Origin: Mobula hypostoma
Lineage: Eukaryota
Direction: 5' to 3'
NCBI RefSeq assembly: GCF_963921235.1
Contig: NC_086108.1
Location: 112,966,001 to 113,030,000, forward strand
Length of the DNA: 64,000 bases
In this document: one piece after another, positions 1-12,328 of the stretch
How the letters are laid out: every line of letters begins with the position of its first letter
Position numbering within the stretch: the first letter of the stretch is position 1
Notes under the pieces: model-generated
The model's input: the letters and a program-made list of their open reading frames with translations, nothing else
What the model was told of the DNA's origin: nothing
Databases searched by the model: none
Translations under genes and position numbers: made by a program

Positions 1-499
1 TGAGTACAGGAGGTTGGAGGCCAAAGATGGCCTGTCCTGGGGCTAGAGGACTGTGTATGTGTGTGGGTGAGTGGGTGGGCGGGTGGGCCAGAGGGAGGAA
101 CAGGGCTTGTTTTGTTGTTGTTGCTGCTTGTGTGGTTATTCTGAACATAGTGGGCGTGCTATGTTGGCGACACTTGCGGGCCATCGCCAGCACATCCTTG
201 GGGGGTGTTGGTTATGAACGCAGACAATGCTTTTCACTGTCTGTTTTTATGTACATGAGATAAATAAATCTGAATAGAGAGGGGGGTGGGGCAGACACTC
301 TCACCACATTGAACAAGTATCTGGACGAGCACGTGAGCCACCAAGCCGGAGAAGGGTGCAGATCAAGTGCTGAGGATTGGGTTTGGTGTACCTCGGTACT
401 GGAGAGTCAGTATGGATGTGGTGGGCCGAAGGGCCTGACTCTGTGCTATCTGACCCTATGGTAGTTACCTGGGGCACAGACCAATAATTATGGTACATA

Positions 500-1059
500 C
501 ACTCAGTGGCCACTTTATTAGGTATACCCGTATGTTATGCAAATAAACAAACAATCAGCCAATCACGTGGCAACAACTCAGTGCATAAAAGCATGCAGAC
601 ATGGTCAAGAGGTTCAGTTGTTGTCCAGACTAAAAGTCAGATTAGGGAAGAAATGTGATCTAAGTAACTTTGACCATGGAACGATTGTTGGTACCAGACA
701 GGGTGGTTTGAGTATCTCAGAAACTACTGATTTCCTGGGATTTTCATGCACAACTGTCTCTTAAGTTTACAGAGAATGGCGTGAAAAACAAAAAAAATTA
801 TCCAGTGAGTGACAGTTCTGTGGGTGAAAGTGCCTTGTTAATGAGAGTGGTCAGAGGAGAATGGCCAGACTGGATTAAGCTGATAGGAAGGCAGTATCTC
901 AAATAACCACGTGGTTACGACAGCGCTGTGCAGAAGAACATCTCTGAACACAGAACACGCTGAACCTTGAAGTGGACGAACTACAGCAGCAGATGTCCTT
1001 GGGCATACACACAGTGGCCTCTATATTAGGTACAGGAGGTGCTGCGTGGCCACTGAGCA
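500..1059 (+). mobile_element. Tc1/mariner-derived non-autonomous DNA transposon
   Basis: Preceded by TA; terminus CACTCAGTGGCCACTTTATTAGG at 500 and inverted GTGGCCACTGAG at 1046-1057; decayed N-terminal transposase HTH (GKKCDLSNFDHGTIVG..LSISET..LGFSCTTVS). Confidence 0.85.
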
Positions 1060-1289
1060 GACTTAATTGGCAGAGATTTTAAAGGGAAGCTTGTGTAAAC
1101 CATTTCACCCAAAGGGCGTGGAATCCCTTGTCCCGTTTACCAGGTGCCGAGGTGAGCACATGAGGAGATCCTGTCTGAAAGGCTGTGGATCGGGTGTTGG
1201 GACACAGTCCTGGCCTCTTTCCATGGGGAATTCTATCCAACATGCATCCCTCCCTCAATGTCACAGAGATTTCCAAACAGACTCTCAGG

Positions 1290-1580
1290 TTTATTAATTT
1301 AGAGATATAGTGCGGACCAGGCTCTTCCAGCCCTTCGAGCCCTGCCACCCAGCAACCACCGATTTAACCCCAGCCTAATCACAGGACCGTTTACAATGAT
1401 CAATTAACCTGCTAACTGGTACACCTTGGACTGTGGGAGGAAACCAGAGCTCCAGGAGGAAATCATCGTGTTCACTGGGAGGACATACAAACTCCTTACA
1501 GACGGTGCCGGATTTGAACTCCAAACTCCGATGTCCTGAGCTGTAATAGCATTGTATTAACCGTTACACTACCATGGTGC
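1290..1580 (-). mobile_element. V-SINE-type SINE
   Basis: Reverse complement contains the V-domain-like motif ggtttcctcccacagtccaa; related copies at about 2690-2880(+), 10905-11150(-), 30990-31225(-), 37000-37120(+), 52740-52905(-). Confidence 0.7.
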
Positions 1581-2159
1581 CCCAAGAAGGGACCACATTT
1601 CCTCCTGCACATGTGTGGCTGCCTTCAGAATGTACATTATTGGCTGGAACATGTTGTTGGATGTCCAGAGTTTGTGCAAAGTGTTCTGGGAACTCAATTA
1701 TTAGTTTAGCTTAATTTGGAGATTTTATGAGGGCTCTCATTATACAGTGTCAGCAGGAGACATTTGTCATAGAGTCACAGAAAAGTACTGCACAGAAACA
1801 GGCCCCTTGGCCCATCTAGTGTGTGTCAATCCATTTCAACTGCATACTCCCGTCGACCTGCACCCAGCCAATTGCCCTCCATACCCCTACCATCCAAACT
1901 TCTCTTAAATGTTGTTCAAGTAGCTCGTTCCACACTCTCATCACCCTCTGAGTGAAGAAGTTTCCCCAAACTCTTCACCTTTCGCCCTTAACCCATGACC
2001 TCTAATTGCAGTGCCACCCAACCGCAGTGGAAATTCATGTAGGGATGTGAATTAATTCACTGGGCTGTCAATCCACTTCATAATTCATTGACCTTTTACA
2101 TTTGGAGTCATAGAGTCACAGAGAACAGAAACAGGCCTTTTGGCCCAGCTCGTCCTTAC

Positions 2160-2655
2160 CATTTGTGAGATTCATCACCTCACCAAAGACTCAAGCAAAT
2201 TTCTACAGATGTAGCATGGAGAGCATTCTGATTAGTTGCATCACCATCTGGTACGGAGGGGCCACTGCACAGGACCGGAAAAAGCTGCAGAAAGTTGTGA
2301 ACTCCACCGGCTCCATCATGGGCACTGGCCTCCCCAGCAGTGAGGGCACTCTCAGAAGGCAGCACCCATCACCAAGGAACCTCATCACCCAGGTCATGCC
2401 CACTTCTCATTGCTACCATCAAGGAAAAAGTACAGGAGCCTGAAGACACACACTCAACACTTCAGGAACAGCTTCTTCCCCTCTGCCATAGACTTCTGAA
2501 TGGACAATGAACCCATAAGCTCTACCTCACTATTTTTGCACTATTTATTTTATTTATATTTCTTATTGTAAATTATTATTTTCGGTGTACTGCTGCTACA
2601 AAACAACAAATTTCCTGACCTATGTCAGTGATAAAAAACCTGGTCCTGATTGTGA
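2160..2655 (+). mobile_element. Rex1/Babar-type LINE 3' fragment
   Basis: ORF FYRCSMESILISCITIWYG..DRKKLQKVV plus AT-rich 3' UTR. The same family recurs at about 9030-9520, 13925-14132, 28505-28830, 30580-30920, 34675-34990, 41810-42520, 42890-43520, 43540-44060(-), 47660-48385, 50660-50935. Confidence 0.7.
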
Positions 2656-3890
2656 TTCCAGTTAGTCTCATCAGCCTGTGTACACGGCAGGCATACGTTA
2701 GTGTAAAGGTTAACAGAACACTGTTACAGTGGCAGTGACATGGGTTCAATTCAGCTGCATTCTGTAAGGAGTTTGCACGTTCTCCCTGTGGCCACGTGGG
2801 TTTCCCCCAAGAGCCCCGGTTTCCTCCCACATTCTAACTGCATGAGGTTAACTGGCTGCTGTAAATTGTCCCCAGAGTGTGGATCTGGAATAGGAATTGG
2901 TTAATTATTGTCACATGTACGGAGGAACAGTGAAAGGCTTGACTTGCGTATCGTTCATACAGATCATTTCAGTCATCATCATCACGTGCCATGTCGTATG
3001 ATATGGGCGATCATGCTCTTCACCATAACTGTTCTCGTAAAGTCACTGCCCACAAGAAGGCAAAGGCAAACCACTTCTGTAGAAACATTTGCCAAGAACA
3101 TGGAAAAACTATGATCATCTACAAAATTCCACATAGCACATAATGAATGAACGTTACAAGATTATGAGGCTGTCAAGCAGTAATAAATCACGGCAACTAG
3201 ACCTGCTGTGTTGTCTAGAAGACGTTTTGCCACTCATCCGAGAGGCTTCTTCAGTTCTGATCCATGGTGGGTAGTTTTCTGGTTTATAAACTCTGAGGCT
3301 ACGTCCACACTATGCCAGATAATTTTGAAAACGCCGGTTTCGAGTAAAAACAACAGGCGTACACACTAAGCGTTTCTCAAAATATCTCTGTCCAGACCAA
3401 CACGGATATTTGGGTGAATCTCCTCTACTGGGCATGTGCAGGACATACAGAAAACAAGTGAAGAGGAAACGATATACCTGGTGCGCATTTGTCCAGTTAC
3501 AGAGTAGAAAAACTTAAAAGCAATTGCTCTTGGCTCTCGCGCAGGAGGACTTAAAACAAAAAAAAAACAAATACTGGAGCGTATGGAGGCAACCGACAGG
3601 GAGTCCACGGACAGTATGACCTGGCTGACGATGAACATTGAAAAACTGACTAACTCTGTTGCATTAATAAAGCACCTTGTTAAATGTATAAAACATGTCT
3701 ACATCAGTATTATCTTGTATTTCCATACCATGTTACATTAGGCTGTTACACATCTATTGTCAGAGAAGTACTTGCATAAATAGGTAAACCACCTTCATAC
3801 AAGCAAGGACAGAAAACAGGGTAAAGTGAGTAAACTTATTTATTCAGTAAGCTATGGGTCAAAGTATTTGGTGAGTACATTTCTAACCCT

Positions 3891-5290
3891 AACAACAGGA
3901 ATTCTGCAGATGCTGGAATTTCAAGCAACACACATCAAAGTTGCTGGTGAACGCAGCAGGCCAGGCAGCATCTATAGGAAGAGGTGCAGTCGACGTTTCA
4001 GGCCGAGACCCTTCGTCAGGACTAACTGAAGGAAGAGTGAGTAAGGGATTTGAAAGTTGGAGGGGGAGGGGGAGATCCAAAATGATAGGAGAAGACAGGA
4101 GGGGGAGGGATAGAGCCGAGAGCTGGACAGGTGATAGGCAAAAGGGGATACGAGAGGATCATGGGACAGGAGGTCCGGGAAGAAAGACAAGGAGGGTGGC
4201 GGGGGGGAGCCAGAGGATGGGCAAGGGGTATATTCAGAGGGACAGAGGGAGAAAAAGGAGAGTGAGAGAAAGAATGTGTGCATAAAAATGAGTAACAGAT
4301 GGGGTACGAGGGGGAGGTGGGGCCTTAGCGGAAGTTAGAGAAGTAGATGTTCATGCCATCAGGTTGGAGGCTACCCAGACGGAATATAAGGTGTTGTTCC
4401 TCCAACCTGAGTGTGGCTTCATCTTTACAGTAGAGGAGGCCGTGGATAGACATGTCAGAATGGGAATGGGATGTGGAATTAAAATGTGTGGCCACTGGGA
4501 GATCCTGCTTTCTCTGGCGGACAGAGCGTAGATGTTCAGCAAAGCGGTCTCCCAGCCTGCGTCGGGTCTCACCAATATATAAAAGGCCACATCGGGAGCA
4601 CCGGACGCAGTATATCACCCCAGTCGACTCACAGGTGAAGTGATGCCTCACCTGGAAGGACTGTTTGGGGCCCTGAATGGTGGTAAGGGAGGAAGTGTAA
4701 GGGCATGTGTAGCACTTGTTCCGCTTACACGGATAAGTGCCAGGAGGGAGATCAGTGGGGAGGGATGGGGGGGACGAATGGACAAGGGAGTTGTGTAGGG
4801 AGCGATCCCTGCGGAATGCAGAGAGAGAGGGGGGAGGGAAAGATGTGCTTAGTGGTGGGATCCCGTTGGAGGTGGCGGAAGTTACGGAGAATAATATGTT
4901 GGACCCGGAGGCTGGTGGGGTGGTAGGTGAGGACCAGGGGAACCCTATTCCTAGTGGGGTGGTGGGAGGATGGAGTGAGAGCAGCTGTACGTGAAATGGG
5001 GGAGATGCGTTTAAGAGCAGAGTTGATAGTGGAGGAAGGGAAGCCCCTTTCTTTAAAAAAGGAAGACATCTCCCTCGTCCTAGAATGAAAAGCCTCATCC
5101 TGAGAGCAGATGCGGCGGAGACGGAGGAATTGCGAGAAGGGGATGGCGTTTTTGCAAGAGACAGGGTGAGAAGAGGAATAGTCCAGATAGCTGTGAGAGT
5201 CAGTAGGCTTATAGTAGACATCAGTGGATAAGCTGTCTCCAGAGACAGAGACAGAAAGATCTAGAAAGGGGAGGGAGGTGTCGGAAATGG
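3891..5290 (-). mobile_element. Young 5'-truncated Penelope-like element (RT C-terminus, GIY-YIG endonuclease, 3' end)
   Basis: ORF 4752..5366 (LPFLDLSV..YYKPTDSHSYLDYSSSHP) and ORF 4325..5221 (VIYCVRCSRCGLLYIGETRRRL), one frameshift near 4830; TSD ACATTTCTAACCCT (3877-3890, 5291-5304). Confidence 0.92.
3988..4023 (-). ncRNA. Minimal type I hammerhead ribozyme motif in PLE 3' end
   Basis: Minus strand AGTC-CTGACGA-AGGGTCTCGGCCT-GAAA-CG-TC-GACT: core boxes intact, helix I AGTC/GACT, short helix II, palindromic ACGT helix III. Confidence 0.75.
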
Positions 5291-5960
5291 ACATTTCTAA
5301 CCCTTCTGGCTTCAGTCTCGTTGCTGTCTGTTCTGAAATTGTTAGGCTTGCGAAGCGCAGAATCAAATATCGCTGTGATTGTACGCTCTAGTATCAATTG
5401 TTTGGCGACAATAAAGTAATAATAATAATAAGAAGAAAACAATGAAATGCTGTGCTGTCGTCATTTGTTCCGGCACGTCATGACAGCGGTTTTAAAAAGC
5501 TCCGCTTACCCCGTCCACACTGCAACGGATATTAGGCATTTTCAGATTTATTCACTCTGGAGACTGTTTCTGAAAATCTCCGTTTCGGGGGATGAAAACG
5601 TCGGTTTAGTGTGGACAGAGAGTCAAAACGAAGAGAAAAAGCTTTGTTTTCAAAATTATCCGGCGTAGTGAGGACATAGCCTTAGTTGTTTAAAGGTATA
5701 TCAATCACATGCGGGTCGTTAAAGAGTCTTAAAGGTAATGAGAGTGTCATTAGTCTTATCGTTGCATGAATGGAGGTGTGAACTGTTGTGGAGACGCCAG
5801 GGTAGAGATGTTAGGACTGTATTGTAAGTAGCGCATACCCCATCCCCTCTGTTCAGGGATGGGTTTTCCAGCTTGACAAAGATGGCCTCTTTAACCCTTC
5901 TTTCAAAACACCTGTCCTCCCTGTCCAAAGGATGTGTTATCATCAAAGGAGTTTCTCTTG

Positions 5961-6608
5961 AATTGAATTGACTTTATTTCTTACATCCTTCACATATGAA
6001 GAGTAAAAATTGTTACGTTACATCTCTGTCTAAATGTGCAACAATAGTAGTGTAATTTATAATAAATAGAACTGTCAATGTAACATAGAATACATTCAAA
6101 TCAGCGTGAGTTAATCAGCTTGATGGCCTTGTGGAAGAAGCCGTCCTGGCTTTTATGCTGCAGTATCGCTTCCCAGATGGTAACGGCTGGAATAGATTGT
6201 GGTTGGGGTGTCTTTGGTCCCCAATGATCCTACAGGCCCTTTCTACACACCTGTCTTTGTTAATGTCCTGAATCATGGGAAGTTTACATCTACAGATGCG
6301 CTGGACTGTCTGCACCACTCTCTGCAGAATGCTGCGATTAAGGGAGGTACAGTTCCCATACCAGGCAGTGATGCAGCCAGTCAAGATGCTCTCAATTGTG
6401 TCCCTGTAGAAATTTCTTAGGATTTGGGCGCCCATACCAAACTTCTTCAACCGTCTGAGATGAAAGAAGCGCTGTTGTGTACAGACCACGTGAGGTCCTC
6501 GGTGATGTAGATACCGAGGAACATAAAGCTGTTTACCCTCTCAACCCCAGATCCATTGATGTCAATAGGGGTTAGTCCGTCTCCATTCCTCCTGTAAACC
6601 ACAACCAG
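5961..6608 (-). mobile_element. Rex1/Babar-type LINE, 5'-truncated
   Basis: ORF 6115..6489 (LRRLKKFG..ESILTGCITAWYG); (TTCAA)n-type tail; TSD CTCTTG (5955-5960, 6609-6614). Confidence 0.8.
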
Positions 6609-6779
6609 CTCTTGTCCTTTAGGTGTAGATATACAGCTGGGTCTTGACCTGAGGTGTAAGCCCTCCTATGTTGGGCCATCTGTTTGTGGTTGTTTTGTCT
6701 CACTGATATACAAATCTGTGCGGTTCTCATTGCATTGGATAGCATTTACAATATTGCTCTGTTTATGTTTGGGTGTTCA

Positions 6780-7575
6780 CAAAACCACATAGCTGAACTC
6801 CACGATCTCAGATAATCAGTCACTTGAACGTGAGGTCAACAAGCACATTGGAAAAGCAGCCACAACCTTCTCGAGGTTGACTAAGAGAGTCAGGGCCAAC
6901 AACAGACTGGCCATGAACACCAAGGTGCAGGTGTACACAGCCTGTGTGCTGAGCACTTTCCTCTACGCCAGCCAAACTTGGACCCTGCGCACAAATCGAG
7001 AGCAGTGACTCAACGCTTTCTGTATGTGCTGCCTCAGACGCGTACTTGGTATCAGCTGGGAGGGCAAGGTTACCAACAACACAGTGCTCGAGGGAGCAGG
7101 CACCACCTCCATGTTCACCTTCCTGAAACAGTATTCACTGGTGAGGGCTAGGCCACAACCTGCGCGTGGCAGACGGATGCATATCGAGAGAGCTTCTTCT
7201 TGGGGAGCTGGTGTCCGGAAAGCGGCCAACAGGAAGACCCCAGCTGCGCTACAAGGACACCTGCAAGCGCGAACTCAAGGCCCTTGGTATAGCAGCAACA
7301 CGTGGCAGTCGCTCACCTCAGACAGGTGTGCCTGGAAGCAGGAGGTGAAGAAGGGTCTCTTGAGGTCCAAGAACACTCTGATGCGGCAAGCAGAGGAAAA
7401 GAGAGCCGTCGAAAGCTCTGTGCCCAAGCTGCCCGAGACGTCAGAGCTGTCTCAGCTTTCTGCTGTACAGTGTGGCAAGGACTGTCACTCTGCATTGAAC
7501 TCCACAGTCACAGCAGACACTGCTTAACCCAGACCACCTGTGATCCCCTGGGATCGACGGCCGCCCATAACGGTA
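6780..7575 (+). mobile_element. RTE-clade LINE 3' fragment
   Basis: Decayed ORF VNKHIGKAATTFSRL..VYTACVLSTFLYASQTW..RPTGRPQLRYKDTCKR, typical of the RTE ORF C-terminus. Confidence 0.75.
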
Positions 7576-9956
7576 GGATCCGTGGGGTGGGTGAGTTTCT
7601 GTCTGAGTGTGCTCATAGGTTTGAAAATCCAGCAGAACTCCAGCAACATATGGGATGACTATGTTTTTCCATCTGCTTTGCTCTTTGTCAAACTGGAAAA
7701 CCCATCGCTGAACAGAAGGGTGGGGAACAACACCACCTATCAGCTAATTACAATACAGTCCTAACATCTCCACCCCGGCGTCTCCACAACAGTTCACATC
7801 TCCATTCATGCAAACGTAAGACTAATGACCCTCTACGACTCTTAACGATCCCCAGCTGATTGCTATACCTTTGAACAACTCACAGAGTTTATAAACCGGA
7901 AAACTACCCACCATGGATCAGAACGGAAGAAGTCTCTTGGATGAGTGACAAAACGTCTCCTAGACAACACAGCAAGTCCAGTTGCTGTGATTTACGACTG
8001 CCTGATTATACAATGACTGAGAACCTTTATGGACAAGATTATGATGGGTATGAGGTTGGGTGAGACTAGAAATAGAGGTCATAGGTTAAGGGTGAAAGGT
8101 GAAATGTTAAAGGGAACCTGAGGGGGTTCCTTGGTCTCCTTGGATCCCACACCTCAATTCTTTCTGAATCAGTCTCTAATGGGGAACCGAACTGCCGGTC
8201 AGAGTGATAGACAGAGGTTCAAATGTAACACTTTAGAGGAGCTTGGGCAAGTACATGGTTGGAAGAGGTTTGGTGGGGGAATATGGTCTGGGAAAAGGTA
8301 TGTGGGACTAGACAGAAGATCAGGTCAACATGGACTAGATGGGCTGAAGGGCCTATTTCAGAGCTGCAGTGCTCTGTGATTCAAAGTTTCTATGACTGTA
8401 GAAAGATAACTTCCCCATGTTTTCACAGAATGTTGAGAGCATTAATTAAAGACACTTACTGAGGTTACTTTGACTAACAATTGCTTCCTGGGACCAGATG
8501 GGTAACAGGCTGGGGTCTAGGGAAGTGCAGAGCTGACGGATGCCTGTCAACATGGAGCAGTTCCCAAACGTAGGGTCTAGAGCGGCAGCCATGAACCCCT
8601 AGACTGTCACTCCATCAAAACACCAGCAGAAAGTTCACCAGCAAAGGTTATTATTTTAACTTGTATTGAACCCTGTATCTTCGAACTTTAATCAAGGACC
8701 ATGCTATGAGGAGGTGTGGACAATCTACTTTCAGTTTTGGTCACCCAGAGAGCTGTGGTTCAACTGGAGAGGGTGCCAAAAAGGGGCATAGATGTGGTGA
8801 ATGGTAACAGACTTTTCCCCAGGGTAGGGGAGTCCAAAACTCATGCGTGTGGTTTTAGGATGAGAGGGATAAGATTTAAAAGAGAACTGAGGGGCAACTT
8901 TTTCCACACAGAGGACAGTGAGTATATGGAGCAAGCTGTCAAAGAAAATGATTGAGGCAGATACAATAGTATCATTTAAGAAGCACTTTGATAGGTACGT
9001 GGAAGGACAGAGCTTGGAGGTGTATGAGGCAGTGTCCTGGGCCCAACATATTGATGGAGTTAGAAAGAAGTCACAACAGTGGCTATATTTCATCAGGAGT
9101 TTGAGGAGATTTGGTAAGTCACCAAAGACATTCACAAATTTCCATAGAGGTACTGTGGAGAGCATTCTAACAGGCTGCACCACCATCTGGTATGGAGGGG
9201 TGGGGGCCACTACACAGGACTGAAATAAGCTGCAGAGAGTTGTAACCTCAGCCAGCTCCATCCTGGGAACCAGCCTCCCCAGCATCCAGGACACCTCCAT
9301 GCTCCAAAAGGGCAGCATCCATCATTAAGGACCCCTATCAGCTAGGACATGCCCTCTTCTCATTGTTACCGTCAGGAAGGAGCTACAGGAGCCTGAAAAA
9401 CCACACTCAACGATTCAGCAACAGTTCCTTCCCCATCACCATCAGGTTCCTGAATGGACAATGACTCCATGTACACTACCACACTGTTTTTCTCTTTCCG
9501 CGCTACTTATTTAATACATTTATCACCAAAGTATGTGTACTACATACAACCTTGACATTCGTCTTCTTGCAGGCAGCCACAAAACCAAGAAACACAACAG
9601 AACGGCTAAGAGCCAAAGGAACACGAGCCAATAGAATTCAAAGATCAACTGAAGGGGTAGCCAATCAGGACCAAGGAAAATGAATGGGGGTGGGGAGGGG
9701 GCTATATAAATGCCAGCATTTCCAGAGAGAAACACCGACAACTGTGCACTGAGGATGTCACCTCGACTGATGAAGTGCCTGCAACCTAATTAACAAGCTC
9801 AGCGAACACTGTAACATCACTAAAAAATCACACACAAAAGACCGTCAAATAGCCAGTGTGTCAGCCTTCTGCACCTCACTCTATCATAATATTCATATGT
9901 TTCCAGAATTCCGTACTGGTGTGAATTCAGTGTGCAATTTTAAATAAGGTTTTTAC

Positions 9957-9992
9957 CAGTCCGCCTCTGCTTCCCTTTACGCCTTTGGGACC
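9957..9992 (-). CDS. Collagen exon, 36 nt: GPKGVKGSRGGL
   Basis: Gly-X-Y x4; strong T-rich tract then cccacag, donor gtaaaa. Confidence 0.88.
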
Positions 9993-10139
9993 CTGTGGGA
10001 AAAATATAAAAAAAAAGCTAAATTGAAAATAATTTTAACTGGAATGTGAGATACTTAAGAGACAGAACGGAGAACATAGTAGACAGTACGATAGTGGATA
10101 ATGCTTGTGTTGACTACGATGCCAAATTAAATTAAATCT

Positions 10140-10615
10140 ATAAACCTACAAGGTTCTGCAGATGCTGGGAATGCAGAGCAACACACACAAAATGGTGGAG
10201 AAGCTCGGCAGGTCAGGCAGGATGTAGGGAGGGGGATAAAGATTCTACTTTCTGGCCAGGATACTTCATCAGGACTGGAAAGGAAGGGGGGAAGATGCCA
10301 GAATAAGAAAGTGTGGGGAGATGGGGGAGGACAGTACAAAATGGCAGATGGTTAAGAGGGAATGAAATAGAGACTGGGAGGTGGGTAGGTGGAAGAGGTA
10401 AAGGGCTGAAGAAAAAGTCTGACAGAAGTTGACAGTGGACCATGATAGAAAGGGAAGGAGAAGGGGAACCAGAGGGAGGTGATAGGCAGGTAAGGAGAAG
10501 AGAAGGGGTAAGAGGGGAACCAGATGAGGAAAGGAAAGAGAGAAGGGGGGAGCGGGGAAGTTTGAGAAATTAATGTTCATGTCATCAGGTTGGAGGCTAC
10601 CCAGGTGGAATATGA
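10140..10615 (-). mobile_element. Penelope-like element 3' end (decayed)
   Basis: Collinear with 3891-4390; related tails at about 22255-22331(-), 27820-28250(+), 36830-36925(-), 44150-44380(-). Confidence 0.8.
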
Positions 10616-11775
10616 GGAATGCTTGATCAAATTAATCTTATTGGCCTGCACATGATCATGGTCATGTGCCTGTCCACATGCCTCTAAAACACCATTGTTG
10701 TGTCTGCCTCCACCACCCCACCCCACCTTGTATCAAAAAACTTGCCCTGCACATCTCCTTTAAACTATGCCTCTGGTATTTGATGTTTCCACCCTAGGAA
10801 ATAGATTCTGATTATATGCCTCTCATAATTCTAGAAACTTCTATCATGTCACCCCTCCCCACCCCCCAAGCCTTCTGTGCTCCAGAGAAAACAAGCCCAA
10901 TTTATTTATTTAGTGATATGGCGTAGAGTGTGCCCCTCTGGCCTTTCGAACCAGAAACACCACAACCCCGATTAACCCTAACCTAATCACGGGACAACCA
11001 ATTAACCTACCCAGTACGTCTTTGGACTGTGGGAGGAAAGTGGAGCGTCTGGGGGAAACCCACGCAGTCTACGTGAAGGACATACAGACTCCTTACAGCG
11101 GACCTGAGCTGTAACAGTGTTGTACTAATCACCAAGCTACCATGATGCCCAATCTGCAAATTCCCACCACGAAGAAATTGTGATCACTGCTCCCTCCTGA
11201 AACTTTGATCACCTGACCAGGCCTGCTCCCCAGTACAAGGTCACGTGCTCTCCATTCCAGGCAACATTCTCCCACTCTGTAATAAGGTGACTGAGTGCTT
11301 GCCCTTGGATTATGCCGAATGGGTCACTGCTGGGGATGACCCAGTCAACCGTTTTCCCTGTGACATGAGAAATGAGAAGTGGCTACACAGGTAGGTGTGA
11401 TGGTAAAGGAGGCACAGAGTATGTCTGCCTTCATTAGTCAAGGAACTGAGTGCAAGAGTCGGGAAGTTATGCTATAGCTTTATGAAGCTATAGTTAGGCG
11501 GCACTTGGAGTATTGCATACAGTTCTGGTCAGGCGATTACAGGATGGATGTGGGAGCTGTGGACATGGTGTGAGGTTTACTGGGATTATAGGAATGAGCC
11601 ATAAGGAGAGGCTGGACAAACTTAGTTGTTTTCTTTGGAACGGTGGAGGTTGATGGGAGATCTGATCGAGGTGTATGAGATTATGAGAGACACAGATGTT
11701 TACTGTCTTTTCACAAGGTGTAATCAGTCTATTCTTAGATCCACACATACAGTTTTTCTCTCTTTCTCATGTGTG

Positions 11776-11977
11776 TACACACACACACACATGCATACAC
11801 AAGCATACAGAGAGTCTGTCACACACACACACACACACACACACATACATAAGCATACAGTCACACACACACACACACACACGTGTACAGAGAGTCACAC
11901 ACACACACACACACATGCATACAGAGAGTCTCACACACACATACACACATACAGAGAGTCTCTCACACACACACACT
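11776..11977. repeat. Compound (CA)n microsatellite
   Basis: CA runs punctuated by atacagagagt. Confidence 0.95.
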
Positions 11978-12328
11978 AGCTGGGTTTGGGCAGAGATATG
12001 AGTGAAGATTGCAAAGGGAATGGCATGGTCGGTCAGTCCTGTTTCCTCTCTGATATGCCGGTCTTGTGACCCACTGCCAAAGTTATGGACTGTTCTTGGA
12101 TAAAATACACTGTTTAAGATCATAAGACATAGGAGCAGTATTAGGCCAACTGGCCCATCGAGTCTGCTCCACCATTCAATCGTGGCTGATCCTTTTTCCT
12201 ATCTCCTCCACAACCCCAGTTCCTGGCCTTCTCCCTGTAACCTTTGATGCCGTATCGACTGTTTAAGAGCCTGGCTAACGCAAGGAATGACATGGAACAC
12301 AGAATAATGTGGAGGACAGAAGTGTGTT

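Larger units (their letters stand above)
3297..5681. mobile_element. PIF/Harbinger-like non-autonomous DNA transposon
   Basis: About 36-bp TIRs GGCTACGTCCACACTATGCCAGATAATTTTGAAAAC / GTTTTCAAAATTATCCGGCGTAGTGAGGACATAGCC; 3-bp flanks TGA and TTA. Confidence 0.8.
3168..8032 (-). mobile_element. Penelope-like element with inverted terminal copy, split by later insertions
   Basis: 12-bp TSD ACAAGATTATGA (3156-3167, 8033-8044). GIY-YIG remnants on minus at 6615-6778 (NAIQC..DLYISETKQP) and 5719-5946 (ERRVKEAIFVKLENPSLNR). 7680-8005 is an inverted copy of 3170-3296 plus 5682-5885. Confidence 0.85.

Noticed and set aside
8118..8150. Minus-strand GIQGDQGTP, a possible collagen mini-exon
   Set aside because: No AG acceptor in front, no in-phase donor, and it borders a CR1 remnant. 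I could not find the next expected short exon in 1-9950.
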